The notes beneath the pieces were generated by a model, which was not told where the DNA came from, did no database searches, and saw only the letters and a program-made list of their open reading frames with translations. A stretch of DNA of 64,000 nt, from positions 84,383-148,382 of the forward strand of contig NZBN01000007.1 in NCBI GenBank assembly GCA_002687935.1, written 5' to 3'. Position numbers and translations under genes: made by a program. Positions 57,631 to 64,000 of this stretch are shown here, piece after piece (positions within the stretch are counted from its first letter, which is position 1; every line of letters starts with the position of its first letter). This stretch comes from Methanobacteriota archaeon. Its GTDB lineage: Archaea; Undinarchaeota; Undinarchaeia; Undinarchaeales; Undinarchaeaceae.

Positions 57631-58644
57631 ATGAAAATTCTGATAACAGGTGGGGCTGGCTTCATTGGATGTAATTCCGCGGATTATTTTCTGGGGAAGG
57701 ATCACGAAGTAAGTGTTCTCGACAATCTGTCTCGTGCAGGAACAGACAAGAACCTTGAGTGGCTACAAAAACGTCATCCTAATGTCATATTTGTCAAGGC
57801 CGATGTCAGAACTGACCAGTCTGTTCTTAATGAGGAAGTTTCCAAAGCTGATGCTGTTATTCATCTTGCGGCACAAGTTGCGGTTACCACCTCTGTTACA
57901 AATCCCCGTGAAGATTTTGACATAAATGCTCTCGGGACTTTCAACGTTCTAGAGGCAATCAGAAAATCTGAGAATAAGCCACCTCTTATTTACTCCTCTA
58001 CAAACAAAGTATACGGAAAAATGGAGGAACTCGAAGTAGTTGAGGGAGAAAATCGTTACAAATACAAAGATATTGAGGGTGTTGATGAAAATCAAAATCT
58101 CGATTTCCACTCCCCCTATGGCTGCAGCAAGGGTGCGGCAGACCAATATGTTCTCGACTATGCCAGAATCTATAATTTGAAGACAGTCGTCCTCCGGCAG
58201 AGCTGCATTTATGGCACAAGACAGTTTGGAATCGAGGACCAGGGCTGGGTTGCATGGTTTATAATCGCAACAAGTCTCGGAACACCACTTAAAATATACG
58301 GAAACGGAAAACAAGTTCGCGATGTTCTATATATAGATGACCTTGTAAGATGCTTTGAAATGGCTTTTGATAATATTAACAAGACTACAGGAAAGGCCTA
58401 CAACATCGGAGGGGGTCCAAACAACTCCCTTTCACTTCTTGAACTCATTGCTCAACTTGAAAACTTGCACGGTAATGAAATAGAGCACAGTTTCCACGAT
58501 TGGCGTCCTGGTGATCAACCAGTTTTCATTTGTGACATAAGCAAAGCAAAGAATGATTTTGGTTGGGAGCCCAAGGTCAGTCCTGAAGAGGGCGTGAAGA
58601 AACTCTTCAACTGGGTTCAGGAGAATAAGGAACTTTTCCAATAA
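57631..58644 (+). CDS. NAD-dependent epimerase, CDP-paratose 2-epimerase (RfbE)-like
   Basis: GGAGFIG, STNKVYG, SPYGCSKGAADQYVLDYARIY, DQGWVAWF. Confidence 0.85.
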   Translation: MKILITGGAGFIGCNSADYFLGKDHEVSVLDNLSRAGTDKNLEWLQKRHPNVIFVKADVRTDQSVLNEEVSKADAVIHLAAQVAVTTSVTNPREDFDINALGTFNVLEAIRKSENKPPLIYSSTNKVYGKMEELEVVEGENRYKYKDIEGVDENQNLDFHSPYGCSKGAADQYVLDYARIYNLKTVVLRQSCIYGTRQFGIEDQGWVAWFIIATSLGTPLKIYGNGKQVRDVLYIDDLVRCFEMAFDNINKTTGKAYNIGGGPNNSLSLLELIAQLENLHGNEIEHSFHDWRPGDQPVFICDISKAKNDFGWEPKVSPEEGVKKLFNWVQENKELFQ

Positions 58645-58645
58645 A

Positions 58646-59860
58646 ATGAAACTTCTAATGGTCCAGCACCATTATTATCCATCCCTAGGTGGCGGGCAGG
58701 AGTATGCAAAACTCCTCTCAGAAGGTCTTGTAAAAAAAGGTCACAAGGTCACAGTTTTTACAACAAACAGTCTTACAAATGAAGATATCCTCTCTCTTTC
58801 CTTTACTCCTCCCTTCCTTTCTCGCAAGAAGAAAATAAAGCCTCTTAAGTCAAAGGAAACAGTCGGCGGAGTATCTGTCAAGAGGTTTCCTGTAAAAGGA
58901 AGATTTTACAGTTTCAACAGTATCCCTGAAATGTTCAGAAGCATGGACGATTTCTCAGATTATGATGTCATTACATCATATGGTTTCAACCTTCTCTCTT
59001 CTTTTGAAGCCTGCAGAAAGGCACGAAAACAGGGAAAGCCCTTTATTCTGAATGGTGTTGATGTTCTCGTTCCGAAAAGTCTTCCCCTTCCAGCAAGAGT
59101 TCTGAAATGGTTTTATGATTTAAGCTTCGGAAGATATATTGCAAAAAATTCTGACTACATTATCTCCTTTACAGAAGATCAGGTTAAGGACTATGTAAAA
59201 AGAGGTGCCGTTGAATCAAAAATAGGGATAATTCCACCTCCCCTCATTCTGAAGGATTATTCATCTAAGATAAGCGAGGCCTTTCTGAAACGCCACGGAA
59301 TAAAGAAGAAGGATAAAGTTCTACTCTATGCCGGAAGACTCACAGAACACAAGGGTATTCAAGATGTTATTGAGGAACTTCCAGAAATCAGGAAAAAAGT
59401 TCCAAACGTAAAGTTCTTCATAGCTGGAGAAGACTATGGCTATAAGAAAAGTCTTCAGAGCCTTATCAGAGAAAAGGGTGTGGAAGATTCTGTCTTTTTT
59501 GTCGGTCCATACAGGGCGCGTGAGAAGGAATTAATACAGTTCTTTGCCGCCGCCGATCTTTTTGTTCTTCCTTCAAACATGGAAGGCTTTGGTATTGTTC
59601 TAGCTGAAGCAATGGCCTGCGGAACTCCATGCATTGCTTATAATATTCCTGCTGTCAGAGAAGTTATTAGTGATGGGGAAAATGGTTATCTTGCTAAAGA
59701 CAGAAGAGATTTGAGTAAGCACATAATTTCTCTACTTTCTAGTCCCTCAGAGCTCAAGAGAATGGGTGAAAATGGCAAAAAATCTGTAAAAAGACTGTCT
59801 CAATCTACAGTAGTTTCCGATCTTGAAAGCATATACAAAAAGCTATTAAAGAATAAATAA
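58646..59860 (+). CDS. Glycosyltransferase family 4
   Basis: GGGQE N-terminal motif, [22 protein letters not shown]. Confidence 0.92.
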   Translation: MKLLMVQHHYYPSLGGGQEYAKLLSEGLVKKGHKVTVFTTNSLTNEDILSLSFTPPFLSRKKKIKPLKSKETVGGVSVKRFPVKGRFYSFNSIPEMFRSMDDFSDYDVITSYGFNLLSSFEACRKARKQGKPFILNGVDVLVPKSLPLPARVLKWFYDLSFGRYIAKNSDYIISFTEDQVKDYVKRGAVESKIGIIPPPLILKDYSSKISEAFLKRHGIKKKDKVLLYAGRLTEHKGIQDVIEELPEIRKKVPNVKFFIAGEDYGYKKSLQSLIREKGVEDSVFFVGPYRAREKELIQFFAAADLFVLPSNMEGFGIVLAEAMACGTPCIAYNIPAVREVISDGENGYLAKDRRDLSKHIISLLSSPSELKRMGENGKKSVKRLSQSTVVSDLESIYKKLLKNK

Positions 59861-59874
59861 GAGAAATCTTGAAG

Positions 59875-60813
59875 ATGGCAAAACAAAAAATACTGGTAAC
59901 AGGGGGTTCAGGCTTCATTGGCAGTCACCTCTGTGATTTTCTCATAGAGAAAGGCAATTCTGTAGTCTGCGTTGACAATCTTTTCACCGGAACGAAAAAA
60001 AACGTTGAACACCTTATGGATAGTGATTCATTTGAGTTTATAGAGCACGATATAATCGAGCCCATGGAAATAAAAGTTGACCAGATATACAATCTTGCCT
60101 GCCCTGCATCTCCTATCCACTATCAGGAAAATCCTGTCAAGACAGTAAAAACAAGCGTTATGGGTATGATAAACATGCTGGATCTCGCACAGTCTTCAAA
60201 TGTTAGAATCTTACAGGCATCAACTTCTGAAGTTTACGGGGACCCGGAAGTTCATCCTCAGCCGGAGACTTACAATGGAAATGTCAACCCTCTTGGTCCA
60301 CGAGCTTGCTATGATGAGGGAAAACGTGTCGCTGAAACTTTAATGATGGATTATCATCGTGAGAATCAGGTTGATGTCAGAATTGCAAGAATTTTCAACA
60401 CATACGGACCAAGAATGGCACAGGATGACGGAAGGGTTGTTTCTAATTTTATAACTCAGGCACTCACTGGAAAAGATTTGACAATCTACGGTGACGGAAA
60501 ACAGACAAGAAGTTTCTGCTATGTCAGCGATATGGTTATAGGGCTCTATGAAATGATGAACCAGAATAATATAGGTCCGATAAACCTGGGAAATCCACAT
60601 GAAATAACTGTTGGAGACCTTGCAACTGAGATAATTGAGCTCTCAGATTCCATCTCTCAGGTAATTTTTAAAAAGCTTCCAGAAGATGATCCAAAGCAGA
60701 GGAAGCCGGATATAAGCCTTGCCCGTGAAGTTCTTGGTTGGGACCCCCAGGTTTCTCTCAAGGAAGGTATGTCTCTCACAGTAAAATATTTCAAAGAAGT
60801 TCTTGGTAAGTGA
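59875..60813 (+). CDS. UDP-glucuronate decarboxylase (UDP-xylose synthase)
   Basis: [44 protein letters not shown]. Confidence 0.92.
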   Translation: MAKQKILVTGGSGFIGSHLCDFLIEKGNSVVCVDNLFTGTKKNVEHLMDSDSFEFIEHDIIEPMEIKVDQIYNLACPASPIHYQENPVKTVKTSVMGMINMLDLAQSSNVRILQASTSEVYGDPEVHPQPETYNGNVNPLGPRACYDEGKRVAETLMMDYHRENQVDVRIARIFNTYGPRMAQDDGRVVSNFITQALTGKDLTIYGDGKQTRSFCYVSDMVIGLYEMMNQNNIGPINLGNPHEITVGDLATEIIELSDSISQVIFKKLPEDDPKQRKPDISLAREVLGWDPQVSLKEGMSLTVKYFKEVLGK

Positions 60814-62210
60814 TGAAGAGAAAAAAGACCATACTGTTCGGAATAACAAACAACTTTTTCAAGGAGCCACTGTCTCTTATTTCAAATGAGCTTATTTCAC
60901 GCGGTTATAATGTGATTATTCTGACAAGTTCAAGAAAGGTAAACAATTATTTCCTTCTCAAGAGCCCTGATGTACGTTCTATATATCTTCCAAAAGCTGG
61001 ACGCTCACTCGGACTAAAATATTCCGATACTGCTCTCGACAAACTTTTCAAAAAATACAATTTCAACCAGGAGCAGTTTTTCTTCCGAGAAACAAAAATA
61101 TTGGGGAGAAAGAAAAAATGCCTCAGACATTACAGTTTTCCGATATTATCTTATTTGGATAAATTCTTTGAAGAGGAAAAAATCGATTACTTCGTTAACT
61201 GTGGGGAAGGTCTTTCCAATATAATGATGTGGCGTGTTTCAAAAAAGACAGACGCAGAATACTTTCACACAACGTGGGTTGGCTATATCGACAATATGCA
61301 TTACTGGGATTCTGACCTTAACAGAATAAGCTGGATAAAACCTGAGTTTCTCAAAAAGAAAATGACGAAAGCTGACTTAAAGATCGCGGAAGATTTCCTC
61401 TCAGGCAGTAAAAAAGCGAAGAAGGTTCAGGGCTTCGAGCCGAGAAAAGTTTTCACTTACTATTTTTTCAAGAAATATCTAATGTATCTATATAATTACA
61501 TTTCAACGGGTCCTGCTCGTATGGAGACTTACTCGCCACCGACTCTTGCAAATCTCTGGGTATCAAGGTTTTTCAAGCGCCTTTACTACCGCTCATATTA
61601 CAAGGACTTCGATAAAACTGAGAAATATTTTTACTTCCCTCTGCACCTTTACTACGATGCGATAATTGCTCTGACGAACCAGAAGTTCTACAGACAGGAC
61701 GATGCAATAAAAATGGTCGCCGAAAATATTCCGAAAGACCATATAATTATTACAAAGGAGCATCCGGTACTTGACGGAACTATGCCCTTTGATATGATGA
61801 GTGTTATCTCGAAACTGGACAATGTGAAAATTGTAAATCCACATACCAATTCTCACGAATTGATAAAAAACTCATCTGGTGTAATTACAATTGCCTCTTC
61901 AGTCGGTTGGGAAGCAATGCAGTACGGAAAACCGGTTATAACTCTTGCTGACACCTTCTTTGACTATAAGAATCTCACAAGGAAGGCGAATAGTGAGGCA
62001 GAGCTAAAAAAACTTGCTAAACAGGCAGCGGATGGAAAATTAAAGTTCAATAAAAACGACCTTCTGCAATATACTTACTCTTTCGTTAAATCACATCAGC
62101 CAAATGATTATTTTGCTGAGGATAGTCTGTCCTTTGACCGTAGTGCGAAAAACATCCGGGGCCTTGCCGACGCGATAGAGGCTGAAATAAAATACAGGGA
62201 AGGCAATTAG
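60810..62210 (+). CDS. Capsule polysaccharide biosynthesis (KpsS-like) GT-B protein
   Basis: [27 protein letters not shown]-terminal motifs. Confidence 0.65.
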   Translation: MMKRKKTILFGITNNFFKEPLSLISNELISRGYNVIILTSSRKVNNYFLLKSPDVRSIYLPKAGRSLGLKYSDTALDKLFKKYNFNQEQFFFRETKILGRKKKCLRHYSFPILSYLDKFFEEEKIDYFVNCGEGLSNIMMWRVSKKTDAEYFHTTWVGYIDNMHYWDSDLNRISWIKPEFLKKKMTKADLKIAEDFLSGSKKAKKVQGFEPRKVFTYYFFKKYLMYLYNYISTGPARMETYSPPTLANLWVSRFFKRLYYRSYYKDFDKTEKYFYFPLHLYYDAIIALTNQKFYRQDDAIKMVAENIPKDHIIITKEHPVLDGTMPFDMMSVISKLDNVKIVNPHTNSHELIKNSSGVITIASSVGWEAMQYGKPVITLADTFFDYKNLTRKANSEAELKKLAKQAADGKLKFNKNDLLQYTYSFVKSHQPNDYFAEDSLSFDRSAKNIRGLADAIEAEIKYREGN

Positions 62211-62285
62211 CAGTTTTTCGGACTGTGCTATTCCCTTGCCTAGGATAAGTTATTTAACTTCCCAATATCATCTAAAATTACAAAA

Positions 62286-62358
62286 GGGGCTATGGTGTAA
62301 TCCGGGAGCACGGTTGGCTCCAAACCAACTGGTCGGGGTTCAAATCCCTGTGGCCCCA
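62286..62358 (+). tRNA. tRNA-Trp(CCA), intron-less
   Basis: GGGGCTA/TGGCCCC; GTTGG-CTCCAAA-CCAAC. Confidence 0.95.
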
Positions 62359-62452
62359 CTCATTTCTTCTCTTGAGCGTTAGCAATAACAATCATCAAGA
62401 TTTCACTTACTACTTTCTAAACATATTTAAGCTCAGGAATTTAATCCAGATT

Positions 62453-63223
62453 ATGACCAGAATCATGGCAATCGCCGCCGGTAAGGGCGGGGTTGGTAAA
62501 ACAACAACTACTGTGAATCTCGGCTCTGCGCTTGCCAAACTGGGCAAGAATGTTATAATTGTCGATACTAATCTTACCACGCCTAATGTTGGTCTTCATC
62601 TCGGCATGCACGGCAAGATGACCACGCTCAATGATGTTCTGGAGGGCAATGCAAACATAATTGATGCTATTCACATTCATGAATCTGGAATGCGCGTAAT
62701 CCCTGCAGGGCTTCACATGCGCTATCTTAAAACGACTAATCCTAACCGGCTCTGGGACACAGTTCTCGACCTCTTTGGAAGCGCCGATTTCGTTCTCCTT
62801 GACACACCCGCCGGCTTGGAGGAAGGAGCAAAAGCTGTTCTGAACGCAGGCGAGGAAGTTCTTATCGTTACAAATCCGGAAATCCCTGCGCTTACGGATG
62901 CTCTCAAAACCGTTAGGATGGCCTACGAGTCTGGGGCATATGTCGTCGGTGCCGTGATAAACAAACATCGCAAGGATCCTAAAGCTCTGAGGAAGGAAGA
63001 AATAGAGGCTATGCTTGATTTACCTGTTATCGGAATAATTCCACACGACGACGAAGTCAGAAAAAGCATACAGGCAAAGAATCCTGTTGTTTTAAGAAAA
63101 CCAAAATCTCCAGGTGCTATGTCTTACAAAAGACTGGCATCAGAACTGGCTGGTGTTGAATATACAGTTCCTGCAGAAGGTCTTCCGGTTGTAAACGCTC
63201 TGAAAAAAATGTTCGGGGTATGA
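62453..63223 (+). CDS. minD: MinD family ATPase
   Basis: GKGGVGKTT deviant Walker A, VDTNL, LDTPAG, VTNPEI.ALTDA. Start moved to ATG 62453. Confidence 0.9.
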   Translation: MTRIMAIAAGKGGVGKTTTTVNLGSALAKLGKNVIIVDTNLTTPNVGLHLGMHGKMTTLNDVLEGNANIIDAIHIHESGMRVIPAGLHMRYLKTTNPNRLWDTVLDLFGSADFVLLDTPAGLEEGAKAVLNAGEEVLIVTNPEIPALTDALKTVRMAYESGAYVVGAVINKHRKDPKALRKEEIEAMLDLPVIGIIPHDDEVRKSIQAKNPVVLRKPKSPGAMSYKRLASELAGVEYTVPAEGLPVVNALKKMFGV

Positions 63224-63235
63224 ACTAGGTTATTT

Positions 63236-64000
63236 TTACTCCAATCCTTCAACTTTAATCTCAAAAAGCGTAACTCCGACACCTATTCCGAAATTATCAA
63301 GCACTTCAGGGTGAACCTCGCCAAATGCGCCGATTGCTTTGCCATTGGCGACGACTTCTGCGGCTCTTCCTTCTATAAACAACGGGTCCTTGCTCTCCTT
63401 GAGCGCGAATGGAGTCCCCGTCGAACGCATAAAGGCCTCAAAAAGCGACTTTATTTCTGAAAATCCTGCTCCTGTGTGAGACAGAGCTGCAGCAATCCGG
63501 GTTTCATTAACTGCTCCCGTTTCTGAGCTCTTGTCGAGCTTAGCAACGGCGCCGGCTTCAAAGATTCTGTGAGGCATTTCCGAGCTCGCATTTGTTGAAA
63601 GTGTCCATAAAAGACCTGGCGCAAGCGAGGTTCTCAGACAGGTATAGTCTGAAGTTTTAGGGTTCTCTATTTCGACACAAGTCTCTTTCTTTCTTCGGAG
63701 CATTCCGAACTCGCGCTCGGGGTTTGAAAGTATAAAATTCTTCACTTCTTGCAGTCTGAGTCCTGCAAGCGCCCTGGCAAGGAAGAGCATCCTGTCAACT
63801 ACAGGGTCTGGTTTCGCAACAGAAGGAATATCAGGTATTCTAGGTTCGAAGCGCCAGTAACCATGTGATATTGCAATGTCTTCAACCAAGTCTATCTGGT
63901 GCATAATATCTGTCCTGTAAGCTGGTATTGTTATTTTGTCTCCTGAAACTCCGTATCGCATTTTCTCAAGAGCACTTTTTATTTCAGGAGATTTCATATT
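63236..64000 (-). CDS. pheT: Phenylalanine--tRNA ligase beta subunit, C-terminal part (runs off window end)
   Basis: PAYRTDIMHQIDLVEDIAISHGY, ENPKTSDY..LRTSL, FGEVHPEVL. Confidence 0.93.
   Translation of the reverse strand, partial: NMKSPEIKSALEKMRYGVSGDKITIPAYRTDIMHQIDLVEDIAISHGYWRFEPRIPDIPSVAKPDPVVDRMLFLARALAGLRLQEVKNFILSNPEREFGMLRRKKETCVEIENPKTSDYTCLRTSLAPGLLWTLSTNASSEMPHRIFEAGAVAKLDKSSETGAVNETRIAAALSHTGAGFSEIKSLFEAFMRSTGTPFALKESKDPLFIEGRAAEVVANGKAIGAFGEVHPEVLDNFGIGVGVTLFEIKVEGLE

Noticed and set aside
62372-62452. N-terminal extension of MinD given by the ORF track
   Set aside because: Covers the TATA-like element (about 62424-30); ATG 62453 gives a normal MinD start.

Overview
This is an archaeal genomic segment, most likely from a compact DPANN-like lineage. 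Undinarchaeota-like is an inference from gene content and the divergent rRNA; no tree was computed. About three quarters is housekeeping: RFC, MCM, TBP, topoisomerase VI, aIF1A/aIF2/aIF5B, Rpo6/Rpo7/Spt4, r-proteins, AsnRS, PheRS-beta, DNA ligase, FtsZ, MinD, purine/SAM salvage, pyrE/pyrF, a bacterial-type non-oxidative pentose phosphate block and a K+-independent membrane PPase. It also holds a linked 16S-tRNA(Ala)-23S operon, RNase P RNA and 7 tRNAs, one with an intron. No CRISPR, transposase, integrase or intein was seen. The standout accessory locus (about 45.9-57.6 kb) is a candidate surface-filament (fimbria-like) system. It comprises trmB; an operator-like GTTACAC repeat array; a 1657-aa adhesin (cytoplasmic putative nucleic-acid-binding head, TM, Calx-beta, two LamG units, C-terminal pilin-like Ig domain); a 77-aa 'donor-strand-only' protein; two small paralogues of the adhesin C-terminal domain with donor-strand-like N-termini; a DUF916/PapD-like membrane-anchored protein; a double-anchored Ig protein; a coiled-coil protein; and SppA, followed by glycan genes. 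Its layout parallels chaperone-usher pili and Firmicute WxL/csc clusters but it has no type IV pilin signals. Other oddities: a 9-bp x9 tandem repeat giving TBP an (A/S)KT tail; hppA in the slot usually held by soluble ppa; unusual peptidyl-transferase-centre residues in 23S; an extra helix in RNase P RNA; a tRNA-Leu(CAA) intron whose BHB helix fits a UAA anticodon; and an M64-like lipoprotein protease with an Arg/Gly-rich tail. All functional calls come from motif recognition by eye, without database searches.
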